A stretch of DNA of 64,000 nt from Haliotis cracherodii. Its lineage: Eukaryota. The stretch covers positions 59,148,001-59,212,000 of the forward strand of contig NW_027266275.1 of assembly GCF_022045235.1 (NCBI RefSeq), written 5' to 3'. The notes below the pieces were generated by a model. It ran no database searches and was not told the origin of the DNA. It worked only from the letters and a program-made list of their open reading frames with translations. The stretch's first letter is position 1. Every line of letters begins with the position of its first letter. Positions 1 through 11,470 of this stretch are shown here, piece by piece. A program made the translations under genes and the position numbers.

Positions 1-39
1 CTTGTCATAAATGCATATTTCTACGTATTTTCGCACCTA

Positions 40-1080
40 TACTCCCCAAAAAGTAGGGGATACACGTAAATAACGTAAAATTTCCAAGAATGTAAGAGAT
101 ATTAGTTTGTTCTACTAGTAATAGTTGTATGAAAGTGATGAACAAATTTGTAACGCATTACAAGGGGTGGTGAAGTATGACAGCAGATGTTATGACCTCC
201 AACGATGTTGAAAAACGATGTTGAAGAACGATTCGGGTAGGATGGGAAATTTTAAAGTGGACGTTTTTGGATCAGTAGTGCGTAATACCGTTACATTTTG
301 TCAAACATTCATACACTCGACAAAGCATATTGCGTATGAATCGCCCAATGGCGATTTGAGGGATCCTGTCCCACTCTTCTTGCATCACCTGGCCAAGTTC
401 AGCCAACGTGGTCTGCAGCATATGGCATTTTGGGTTTGTTGGTACCATTGCCCCAGTCTTAACATTGAACGTATTGGCCACTGCACGCATTCCAGCATGC
501 CAATAGCCCGCAGATGCCCTGCGCGATGTAGACGCTGGACGCTAGTTCATTGATAATGAATGAAGTCAAGTGAACCACAACTGTATGATAAGCAGAATCA
601 ATAAGATTGACAGAAATAATGGTCCACAGAGATTAATCGACCTTCCTTTAATGTGTCAAAATCTGGAAGGACAGCCTACGAACGTGTGTGGTGCTACTTC
701 GTGTGGCACGTGCAAACTACAGGACGTGTTCTGATGTCAAGTTTTACGGACACATCTGTTCTTGCATAGGATGTTTGTCGTCAACACCTATCTTTGTTCT
801 AATACTTGGTATTAGTTTTTATATTTCATTACCCCCAACTCTGTTTTAAGAGTATATTTGTGAACGTTTTCCTATTTTCATTTGACGTGTTCACAATAAT
901 TGAAGCGGGTGCATCTGACACATCATCAATGTTCAAGTCCAGTACAATTCCCTCTGCCAAAATTACACATTGTCTCATTCCATGCATTTCCTAAACGCTA
1001 GCTGCCACAGTCAAAACTGTGCCTTCTGTTGAGGCTGTTCTGTACCACCACCATTTTGACTTACTTTTGGGGCATACATA
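40..1080 (-). mobile_element. Internally deleted Tc1-like DNA transposon remnant
   Basis: Imperfect terminal inverted repeats (TATACTCCCCAAAAAGTAG at ~40; CTTACTTTTGGGGCATACATA at ~1060-1080). The - strand has a Tc1 C-terminus (QEEWDRIPQ...IRNM...ECL...NGITHY, 272-420) joined directly to a degraded N-terminus (LRAIGML), with the DDE core missing. Confidence 0.75.
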
Positions 1081-1295
1081 CTGTACAATGAGTTGCCCCG
1101 TGTCCTTCATTAACCAGTGGCCTTGGACATATATCAACCCCAGTGTCTAGAAGCGGATACAACATCAACTTTGACCCAGGTATCACTCACTCACTCACTC
1201 ACTCACTGGTAGGCTGGAAGGGTATTGTGAGTGAGTGAGTTTGGTTTGACGGCGTGTCAGCGTGATGTGGCAGAGAAACCTCATGTGGTGCAGAG

Positions 1296-1582
1296 TGAGT
1301 GAGTGAGTAAGGGAGTTGGGTTTAACGCCGCTTTTAACAGTATTCAAGTTATATCACGGCGTGTCAGCTTAATGTGGGAGGAAAGCCCGAAGTAATGCAT
1401 GTCTCAGAAGTTTACCACTTTGGTGAAACCCACAAGCACGGGTATGGTGCTGACAAACCTAGAAACATAATCGGGGCGAACCGGGATTCAAACCCACAAT
1501 CATAGGTTTCTGGCGTGTCCAAGGGACGCAACTCTGCACAGCGAATCTCAGCGCTTTAGACGACTGGGCCACCCGTGCCCCC
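1296..1582 (-). mobile_element. tRNA-derived SINE inserted inside a related SINE
   Basis: A-box (TGGCCCAGTCG) and B-box (GGTTTGAATCC) on the - strand, (CTCA)n tail, and a 14-bp target-site duplication CATGTGGTGCAGAG at 1282-1295 and 1583-1596. Related copies at ~9113-9378, ~41920-42165 and ~51575-51826. Confidence 0.85.
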
Positions 1583-1906
1583 CATGTGGTGCAGAGCTTA
1601 GGCGTTTACCACTTATGTAAGACCCACACGCACGGGTATGGTGCTGACAAAAGTAGCGACATAATCAGGGCCAACCGGGATTCGAACCCACGATAATAGG
1701 TGCCGCTAGTATACACGTGTATCCTGCATGTAGCATGAAAAGTTATCAATGAAAGAACACAAGAAACGGTTTTATGTTATTCATATAATTAAACACAAAT
1801 ATATTCAAACAAAATAATACAAAACTGATTTTGATTTAAAATTTAAAATGTACACACTTTTTTTCATTTTCCTTATTTACAGGTATGTACAAATACAAAC
1901 ACATAT

Positions 1907-3393
1907 CTACTCCTCAATCACCTCCAGTCCCCACACAGTGACACGTGACTCCCCCTCCTCACACAGCTGATACTCTGGGGCCACCTCTGCCCCCACCCCT
2001 GCCATATCCCCTACCACGTCGCTCCAATTCACACCATTGTCCAGAACAAAATCAGGGTGGAACTTCAGTTCTCGTTCCATGTCCTTTTTCTCAGAAATGA
2101 AGGCTTGGGATTTTGTCTGCTGGAAGTTGGGCTGCAGGATATCGGGAATGTCTATGCTTGCCATCTCGGCGTCAACGCAGCGAGATAGACGACGGCTGCT
2201 TGTCCGCCATGCAGGTTTCTGTGTCCTTGTGAAAGTCTTCAACAGGATGTAGACGGTGACTACCACAGCTAAAACAGATTATTAAAGTGTGAATATTAAA
2301 ATTGGAAACTTTACAAACTGTGAAATGCGTTAGATCTTGATAGTGTGTGATTTTGAGGTACTAAAAGATTCAGAAGAGGAGGAAGTGAGAAATAACCTAC
2401 CAATTACTGCAAGTATTGCGAGAGTGACAGGACAGATGTTTCCTGGGCAAAACCACGTGACATCTGAAAGGAAACAATCCCATGTGAACTATTTCAAAAG
2501 TAACAAGATGTTCGACCTTTTACACCATGAGGGACTGATATTGGTCAGTTTCCCAGCAGTAATTTAATACGTTTACATAATGATGAGGTATTATATATAT
2601 GAAATGACATCCAACATTAAATTCAGATACGAACATTAGTTGTCGTGTGCTGTGTAATATACTCACCACGAAAAGAAACGTAGGAGGTGACGTCAGCTGA
2701 CGAGAGTATCTTAGTACTGAAACAGAGCGGGTTCAATAAATAGAGGGTTGACATATGGCATAAAGTCATCTTGTAACCATAAAGTTGTTTTGAATTAAGA
2801 TATCACCATGAAAATAATTCTATTGTGATAAGCTAAATGTCGGGCAAAAGAAAGTATACACCCATGTTTGAAGATGGCTAAAAATGAAACAAATCAAAGT
2901 GATTATTAGGGGATGATGTATTCGATATGGATATCAAAGTAATGTTTGGACCTTAACTTTGCAGAGTTTCGGCGACTGTTTTCAGTCAAGTAACGATTTG
3001 ATAACGTGTGTTAATGTTTTGGTCAAATCTATTTTTCAAGTATGCACTTTTCTTTGCCCGTTACTTTTACTTTGATATAATGACCCAAAAGTGTTGAGTT
3101 GATATTCTGTCCCAATAATGATTAGTTATTAAAACAAACTTATTTGGATTTATATGCAACGACTGATACCATCAGAGTTGAGTGAGTGAGTTGGGTTTTA
3201 ATGCCGCTTCAAGCATTATCACGGCTGGGCCACACCTACAATATATGCTTCACACGTTGTACCCATGTGGGGACTCGAAGCGGGTCTTTGGTTTGACAAG
3301 CGAAAACATAAACCACTGGCCCATACCACTGCCCCCAGCAAAATCAAGAAACTCTTACCTCGTACGAGCCGGTAGAATCCAGTTAGGAGGCAT
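1907..3393 (-). CDS. Uncharacterised 148-aa protein, copy 1 of a triplicated 3-exon gene (exons 3393-3359, 2716-2667, 2268-1907)
   Basis: GT-AG introns (donors GTAAGA and GTGAGT) with compatible phases give MPPNWILPARTSTKILSSADVTSYVSFRAVVVTVYILLKTFTRTQKPAWRTSSRRLSRCVDAEMASIDIPDILQPNFQQ...VWGLEVIEE*. Exon sizes and splice sites are kept in all three copies. Paralog differences include synonymous changes and an in-frame 15-nt indel. Confidence 0.75.
3181..3336 (-). mobile_element. Short tRNA-derived SINE in intron 1 (also at ~10888-11040 and ~19990-20148)
   Basis: Degenerate A/B boxes and ACTC-type tail; same family as 28366-28540. It sits at the same intron position in all three gene copies, so it predates the triplication. 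Confidence 0.7.
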
Positions 3394-3471
3394 CTAGGTG
3401 TTCAACACGACGGAAAACTCGAAGAGCGTGACAAGTTAGTACCATATGGGCAGACAGCTTTGTCGTGATTG

Positions 3472-3860
3472 TGACGTCATGGCACATAGTGACAATTGTG
3501 ACGTGTAACACCAGTGACGTCACGTGTTTGCGTAGACTTAACTGGGTTCCATCTTAAGCTGGCTCCCGGCTCCCTTTGCGCGTCGTCAACTTGCGATATT
3601 AAAGACGAAGTCCAGCTCCGGACTTTTCTCTTGTTTGTAAACAAACGCGCTTTTTTAGAAATCAGTATAGAACGGACAAATACAAGTATTGGGGGGCGCT
3701 TTACATATTGTTTTGCATAATTATATATATATGCTACTACAACTGCGACAGTGAGTTGCATGACAATATATATTTATACATCAAAGTGACCGTATCGCTA
3801 GCTCTCCCTTGGGCTTCGATGACAGCACGTGGAGCCGTACAACCAATGTAAACAAAGGAT
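3472..3860 (-). promoter_or_regulatory. Putative proximal promoter of gene copy 1: CRE/ATF, E-box, FOXO and C/EBP-like motif cluster
   Basis: TGACGTCA at 3472-3479 and 3515-3522, TGACGTGT at 3499, CACGTG at 3521-3526, GTAAACAA at ~3637 and ~3848, TTGCATAA at ~3713. These lie 80-460 nt upstream of the ATG and are largely conserved in copies 2 and 3. Confidence 0.6.
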
Positions 3861-5165
3861 AACTACGCAAAAACAAGTAGATTTTCACGTATTAGAATAC
3901 TACCCTTATGAACCGTAACCGTTCTTTGACTTTTGTTTATGAAAATGTGTAGACTTGTCAAACATGAAACGGATGAAAAGCATATGCAATATGTTGAATG
4001 GACTGTGAAAGATGTGATGAATCGTGACAGTCATGGCGCTTGGTCGCAGGAACTCTGGGTAGGAGAGTGACAAAAGATAGATACGAAGAGAAAGCGAGGA
4101 ACCAGCCTATGTGAACGATGAGGACGTCATTTTATTATTCATTCGTGACCAGCTCGTGCTATTCCGGGACAAGTCGTATTTTCGCAAATGACATTCATCG
4201 ATAGGGGGACGAATCTTCTTGCAGTTACTGAAAGGGGCGATTGGTAACGAATGTGGATTAGTGTGTTTCCCTAATGGAACGGGCCGTCCTCTATACAGTT
4301 ATTCCTAGACAGGAGTACAACTCCCATGTTTTCAACACAGAGTGCATGTGGAGCTGTTGATGGACTTAACGCAAATATGAAATTAGGCAGTGATGTAGAA
4401 GTATAATTTTCTCATGACATAAGCAGATATGCAGGGTTCTGTGCGTCCACTAGTCATACCCTGTTCTGCACTTAAACGATTATGTGTATTTATTATATGC
4501 AACTAATGTTGAGAATGTCTGCACAGGAAGTCATTAATTTATACTGCAAAAATATGCAACAAAATAATTTGTGCGACGAATGTAAGGTAACAAAAAACTA
4601 ATCTGCCTACAGTCCGAATGGCATGGCATTATATTAATTTATTGGTAAAGCCATGATATCAATCACAGGATTGTCTGGTCCAGACTCGATTATTTACAGA
4701 CCGCCGTCAAACACCTGGAATATTGCTGAGTGCGGCGTAAAAAAATCCAAACAAACAAACCATGTTATGGAGCCGGACAATCTCGAAATATCACGAGTAT
4801 TTGTTTTTCATCTGGAATCCTTATCTAATGTCCACTTTTGATGAAATAAAGTAAAAACGTTTTAAATATTTATGATTTGTAGCCAGTCAGAGGTGTAATT
4901 TTTTTAATCCGACAGTGCATATTGACGGACTTTCTTTCCGGACGATCTGTAGTCCCTTGGGGTGAATATCTGATATAAGACGATGGACTGATGAGGGGGC
5001 GCGGTAACGGAAGCTATGGATTCTTGCTACGCATGTGGTGGTAATAATTGATTGTCCGTCAAACATGTTCCATGGTCGGTGGGCTCAAAGGCTCCCTGTA
5101 CAAAGACAACACCGCTCTATCATGACGAGAACGTAGGTCAGCGGTGGAACAGCTATACATCTGCA

Positions 5166-5408
5166 GACCCGTGGATTCTGGGTAAAATTATAGGTCTCCA
5201 TCAACCTGCATATGTTTGTCGTAAGAGACGACTCGATGGGTAGGGTGGTCACTGGTCAGACTCGCACCATATAGGCGGTTTTGGTTGATTGCATTATCGT
5301 ATCCCAAATGCGCCGATCGGTGCTCATGATGACAATCACTGGCTTGTCTGGTCCAGACCGACGTCGTATAGGTGGAATGATTTCGGCTTTAAACAACCAA
5401 AACAAACG
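5166..5408 (+). mobile_element. ~260-bp interspersed element (GACCCGTGAAGATCC family), diverged copy
   Basis: Homologous to 22017-22265, 27449-27695, 55183-55440 and 58729-58990; (CAAA)n-like tail. Confidence 0.7.
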
Positions 5409-5539
5409 TATAGTTGACAAAGTCATCTATATCCCCAGCCCATTTTAACACGTTATGGTCCCAAACCAGGTAACTGACCCAACTTTACTCTTAGCCATTG
5501 TCAAAATAGCTGCAATGGAAATTCTAAAATAAACATTTC

Positions 5540-6185
5540 TAAAACTCCTTAATATCAAATGGCACTAGTTCAGTGTGCGCTTTATGTATAGACATGCAAT
5601 GTTTGGCAAGGAAATATTTAACACTTTATTTGTTATACTCTTTAAGTAAACCAATCCTATATTAAAACTTAAATCCAATTTGTTGTCATGAAAACATAAA
5701 CAATAAAAAAAATCTAAAAGTGCTATATATCAAAAGGCACCAGTTCAGTATGTGCCTGGTAGACATGCAAAGTTTTGTAAGAAAGTATTTAACGGTTTTT
5801 GAGTTACACCACTCCTGTAGATCCTAAGTCCAACTTATTGCCATGGAACCGTGAAAAATAAAAAAATCTAAAATTCCTAAATAGCAAGGGGCACTAGTCC
5901 AGTATGTGTCTGGTAAACATGCAAAGTTTTTGTTGGAAAGTATTGAATGGGTTTTGAGTTATGCTTCGGAAACAAACTCTACCATATAGAACCTAAGTCC
6001 AACATGTTGCAATGGAAACGTAAAAAATAAAAATTTATAAAATTCCTAAATAGCAAAAGGCACCAGTTCAGTGTGTGTCTGGTAAACATTCAAAGTTTTG
6101 TAAGAAATTATTTAACAGTTTTTGAGTTACGCTCCGGAAACGAACAGCACCCTTATAGAACCTAAGTCCAACTTGTTGCCATGGA
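5540..6185. repeat. Degenerate tandem ~160-170-bp cores, probably a Helentron/pearl-type non-autonomous element
   Basis: About four imperfect units containing GGCACYAGTTCAGT...AAAGTTTTG...GAGTTA...CCTAAGTCCAAC. Absent from the paralogous site in copy 3 (~22265-22430). A related inverted array lies at ~61740-62260. Confidence 0.55.
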
Positions 6186-7611
6186 ATCAAATCGACATGA
6201 AATAATTCCAACCCGTTAGCCCCAGTGACGTCATCGTTTACAATAATTTGTCAGTGCAATTTTAGTGATATCGTCTCTTCCTTGTTTGAATTTTGCTCCC
6301 TTTCACGACAGATATGTGAAATATTAGTTCCACTGTAAGGCTTTGACGATTGGTTCCATGGTACATACCATTAGGACATACACTAGTGGTCGTATGTCCA
6401 CGCACAATGTATAAATCATCTTCAAACAATATGCACGAGGAAAGGACCGCGAATTCAAATGGGCTTCAGCTTCGAAAATGTGCAAAATTTGTGATGCGAT
6501 CGACGGAAAGAAATATTTACTCTCACTTATACTAACTCCGACAACTTTGTGTGGTTGATATAACAGCCACTGTAAACACCGACATGTGAAACAAATCGTT
6601 AGTTCTCGACCAGAGCTACTTTCCTGCAATGTGTTTATATATAACATGCATAAGATATATTCCATCGACATCCAGGTAAACATCAGAAGACCTCCATACC
6701 ATGCCATGCACCAGGTGCTCCGGGATAGGACACGTGCCAAATACATCACCATCATTTAGGCAACTCTACAACAAAACCTGTCACTGGCTGAACGCGCGAT
6801 TTACTTTGAGCGCATGCCTTTCGATACTTTGGATAGTTTAATATCAAAGTGTTGCCTGGTAAAGAGTATAGCTGATCTGATGGTATGTCACACCTCTACT
6901 TGTATGATTTGGCACCATCACAAAAGTTTTCTGGAACTTATCTAATGATATTTGGGTTTACCTCACACATCCTGTACGCGTAAACTAGCTTTGCAGATTG
7001 TTTATTGGACCTTTCTAACCACCCTCAGTACTTCTTTGATCTCTTTCGATCGCCCTAATAAGTAAAATCTCAATTTACCGGACATCTTTAAAATATCCAC
7101 GGATCAATTTAGCGTTTCGAATGAGACATATGTCATAAATTGTAACTATATATTGCTGATGTAACTAGGCAGAAATGTAGGCCTAGATGTACCATTAGTG
7201 GTTATTTTTCTCATAACGTTGGACTCATTATCGAATTACTGTGCAGAATGTATATGAAAGGCCAGGGAAGTACTCCGTAATTTCAGTGTTTGTAACAAAC
7301 ATGGCGTCACCACGTCTATGGGCGATCGTGTCAGAATTGACAAATCTGGACTAATAACTGGTATACGTTTTGTTTTATTACTATCAAGATAATGGAAGGA
7401 TACAGAAACCCAGTTCCTGGCACGTGCATTTACATGGAAGTGTAGGCACATAGATGTAGCGAGGACGCTATCGGGATCTGTTGCCTTTCCAGCTAACTGG
7501 AGTATTTTACATGTGCAGCAACATTGCCCTTGAGACATAAGCGAAGTGATTTAGCGAATACAGATGGCATATCAATATCCATATCTGTGCCTATGGACCT
7601 AAGCGACTTTG

Positions 7612-7613
<2 letters not shown>

Positions 7614-7642
<29 letters not shown>
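7614..7642. repeat. (GT)n microsatellite
   Basis: Read directly from the sequence. Confidence 0.95.
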
Positions 7643-7645
<3 letters not shown>

Positions 7646-8381
7646 TTCCCGAGTTTATAACAGTTGGATTTGGCCTAAATTGTACGGTAACCTTGTTTCA
7701 TTTTGCCAACATTTGTGTGGGACATTTGACTGCGTTCTGTAACGTTATCACAGGCCACGCAGAATCTAAACAAACGTGACGTCGTAGAGACTAGAGTCGC
7801 GCCCCTTTGATAAGGGACTCTAGATGGACCGATGGATTGCCTCGAAGGGCGATCACTGAGGAAGATGAAAATCATGTGAAGGCATTTGCCGTTTTGACTT
7901 GCAATGTTTATGAACTGCTGTCAGAGATAAGAGTACAAATTAGACGATAAGTTTGAGGATAACATTATGATGACTATTTAACGCATATCCCAGGAAAACT
8001 TGCAATGTTCAGATAATGCTGTCGACGATATAGAACGGAACTTTCTTAACTATTTTACGCACAAACCATTTGGAAAAAACATTCACCCTTTTTACGAAAT
8101 TATACATACCATAGGAAAATTAAATTGCGAGAAGCCCGAAAATCGAACGTTCCTCATGGAGTCAAAACACGAAGTCGAGTTGCACACACCCATCTATTAT
8201 GACTACCACATGTGTGTCATGAATTCAAGCTGCGGTTACCGCATTCACCTCATCGTTTAAATTAGGTTTTTTTTCTACATGTCATTACAGGGGACGACGG
8301 AATGTCCCGTATGAATAGTGCGTTGTCTTGTCATACTTGCATATTTCTAACGTATTTTCGCATATATACTCTTTGGAAAAA

Positions 8382-8613
8382 GACCGCCTCCGTGGTCTAG
8401 TGGTAGAGCGTCCGCCGTGAGAGCGAAGGTCCGGGGTTCGATCCCCGGTCACATCATACCAAAAGATGTTAAAAGATGGTTCTTGTTGTTACCCTATCTG
8501 GCGCTCGGCAATAAGGGGCATTAAACAATCTGGTCGGCTCGGAGTCAGTATACTGTGTCAGGGAGGGCTATTCATGTTAAACTGCGGCAATAGTACAAGC
8601 AACCACACACACA

Positions 8614-8658
<45 letters not shown>
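8382..8658 (+). mobile_element. tRNA-derived SINE with (CA)n tail
   Basis: A-box TGGTCTAGTGG and B-box GGTTCGATCCC; body ACCCTRTCTGGCGCTCGGCA shared with 28025-28362, 43637-43979 (-) and 50161-50460. Confidence 0.85.
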
Positions 8659-8660
<2 letters not shown>

Positions 8661-9650
8661 TGAACGGTGAACACGGGCAAGGTGAATTGGGACTTATCTG
8701 AAAACATGACACTATATAGTTTAAGAGTATACAATATGGAAGGTTTTCCTATTTTTATTTGACTTGGCCACAAGAGTTAAAGGGGTTGCTAACGCAATAT
8801 CATTTTATAAATCCTGTACTATTCCCTCTGCCATAATTACCATTGTATTATTCAATGTATTTCCTAAACGCTAGCTGCCACAGTCGAAACTACTTATGTG
8901 TATACAGTGCCTTCTGTTGTGGTTGTTCTGTACAGCGAGATAGCACCATTGGTGACTTACTACTGTACTGTATAAAGAGTTGCCCTGTTTCCTACAATAA
9001 CCAGTGGTATTGGACATTGATCAGCTCCAGTGTCTGGAAGCGGATACAACATCAACTTTGGCCGGGGAATCACTCACTCACTCACTCGATCGCTGGTAGG
9101 CTGGAAGGGTATTATGAGTGAGTGAGTTGGGTTAACACTGCTTTGAACAATTTTCTCAGTCATATCACGCCGTGTCAACGAGATGTGGAAGACAAACCCG
9201 ATGTAAAGCAGATCTTAGGCGTTTACCGTTTAGGTAAGACCCACACGCACGGGTATGGTGCTGACAAAACTAGCGACATAATCAGGGCCAACCGGGATTC
9301 GAACCCACGATAATAGGCTTCTAAAAATCTGCACTGGGATTTGTGGCGCCTTTGATGACTGAGCCACCCGTGCCGCCAGTATACATGTGTATTTTGCATG
9401 TAGCATGAAATGTTATCAATGAAAGAACACAAGAAACGGTTCTATGTTATTCATTTAATTAAACACAAACATACTCAAACAAAATAATACAAAACTGATT
9501 TTGATTTAACATTAAAAATGTACACAGTTATTTTCATTTTCCTTATTTACAGGTATGTACAAATACAAACACACATCTACTCCTCCTCCTCCATCACCTC
9601 CAGTCCCCACACAGTGACACGTGACTCCCCCTCCTCACACAGCTGATACT

Positions 9651-11098
9651 CTAGGGCCACCTCTGCCCCAACCCTGCCATATCCCCAACCACGTCACTCC
9701 AATTCACACCATTGTCCAGACAATATTCAGGGTGGAACTTCAGTACTCGTTCAATGTCCATTTTCTGTTTTTTTGTCTGCTGGAAGTTGGGCTGCAGGAT
9801 ATCGATAATGTCTATGCTTGCCATATCGGCGTCAACGCAGCGAGAAAGACGACGGTTGCTTGTCCGCCATGCAGGTTTCTGTGTCCTTATGAAAGTCTTC
9901 AACAGGACGTAGACAGTAACTACCACAGCTGAAACAGAATATTAAAGTGTGAATATTAAAATGGGAAACTTTAGAAACTGTGAAATGCGTTAAATCTTGA
10001 TAGTGTGTGATTTTGAGGTGCTAAACGATTCAGAAGAGGAGGAAGAGAGAAATAACCTACCAATTCCTGCAAGTATTGCGAGAGTGAGAAGACAGATGTT
10101 TCCTGGGCAAAACCACGTGACATCTGAAAGAAAACAATCACATGTGTACTATTTCAAACGTAACAAGATGTTCGACCTTTTACATCATGAGGGACTGATA
10201 TTGGACATTTCCCATAAGTTTATTTAATACGTTTACATAATGATGATGTATTATATATATGAAATGACATCCAACATAGAATTCAGATACATCAAATATT
10301 CATAAATGAACATCAGTTGTCGGCTGCTGTGTAATATACTCACCACGAAAAGAAACGTAGGAGGTGACGTCAGCTGACGAGAGTGTCGTAGTACTGAAAC
10401 AGAGTGGGTTTAATAAAAAGAGGGATGATATATGGCATAAAGTCATCTTGTAACCATAAAGACTTAGTTGTTTTGAATAAAGATAATACCATGAAAATAA
10501 TTTTATTTTTATAAGCTAAATGTCGGGCAAAAGAAAGTATACATCCATGTTTGAAGATGGCTAAAAATGAAACAAACCAAAGTGATTATTAGGGGATGAT
10601 GTATTCGATATGGATATCATAGTAATGTTTGGTTCTTAACTTTGAAGAGTTTCGGCGTCTGTTTTCAGCCAAGTAACGATTTGATAATGTGTGTTAATGT
10701 TTTGGTCAAATCTATTTTTTCAAGTATGCACTTTCCTTTGCCCGTTACCTCTACTTTGACATAATGGCCCAAAAGTGTTGAGTTGATATTCTGTCCCAAT
10801 AATGATTAGTTATTTAAACTAAGTAAAAATGTTACAATTAAAGGCCCTTATTTGGATTTATATGCAACGACTGATACCATCAGGGTTGAGTGAGTTAGTT
10901 GGGTTTTAATGCCGCTTCAAGCATTATCACGGCGGGGGACACCTACAATATGCTTCACACGTTGTACCCATGTGGGGACTCGAAGCGGGTCTTCGGTTTG
11001 ACGAGCGAAAACTTAACCTACTGGCCAATACCCCTGCCCCCAGCCAAAACAAGACAATCTTACCTCGTACGAGCCGGTAGATTCCAGTTAGGAGGCAT
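9651..11098 (-). CDS. Uncharacterised 120-aa protein, copy 2 (exons 11098-11064, 10393-10344, 9928-9651)
   Basis: Same exon structure as copy 1: MPPNWNLPARTSTTTLSSADVTSYVSFRAVVVTVYVLLKTF...DMAGLGQRWP*. A 1-nt deletion in a G-run shortens the C-terminus relative to copy 1. Confidence 0.7.
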
Positions 11099-11175
11099 CT
11101 TGGTGTTCAAAACGACGAAAACTCGAAGAGCGTGACAAGTTAGTACCATACAGGCAGACAGCTTTGTCGTGATTG

Positions 11176-11470
11176 TGACGTCATGGCACATAGTGACAAT
11201 TGTGACGTGTAACACCAGTGACGTCACGTGTTTGCGTAGACTTAGCTGGGTTCCAGCTTAAGCTGGCTCCCGGCTCCCTTTGCGCGTCGTCAACTTGCGA
11301 TATTGAAGACGAGGTCCAGCTTCGAACTCCGGCGCAGTGGTGACTCAGCATAAGACCGTTGCCACAAGTTAATTTGCATATCAAGTGACCGGACTTTTCT
11401 CTTGTTTGTAAACAGTATAGAGCGGACAAATACAAGTATTTGGGGGCGTTTTACATATTGTTTTGCATAA
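11176..11470 (-). promoter_or_regulatory. Putative promoter of copy 2: CRE cluster plus ARE/AP-1 and octamer
   Basis: Two TGACGTCA, CACGTG, TGACTCAGCA at 11341-11350, ATTTGCAT at ~11372, TTGCATAA at ~11463. Confidence 0.6.

Noticed and set aside
2130-2268. Alternative frame of the unknown gene ending SISLR-TGA, considered as selenocysteine readthrough or an antizyme-like frameshift
   Set aside because: Upstream exon phases select the other frame, synonymous changes favour that frame, further stops follow, and I see no SECIS or UCC-UGA shift site.
6324-6755. 143-aa ORF duplicated at 22647-23157
   Set aside because: The paralogous copy is frameshifted, and there are no recognisable motifs or splice structure; likely non-coding or decayed repeat.
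8382-8455. tRNA-like sequences (also ~28366, 30960, 36610, 44575-44650, 50161)
   Set aside because: Acceptor stems do not close properly and each continues into a shared repeat body; these are SINE or LTR heads, not tRNA genes.
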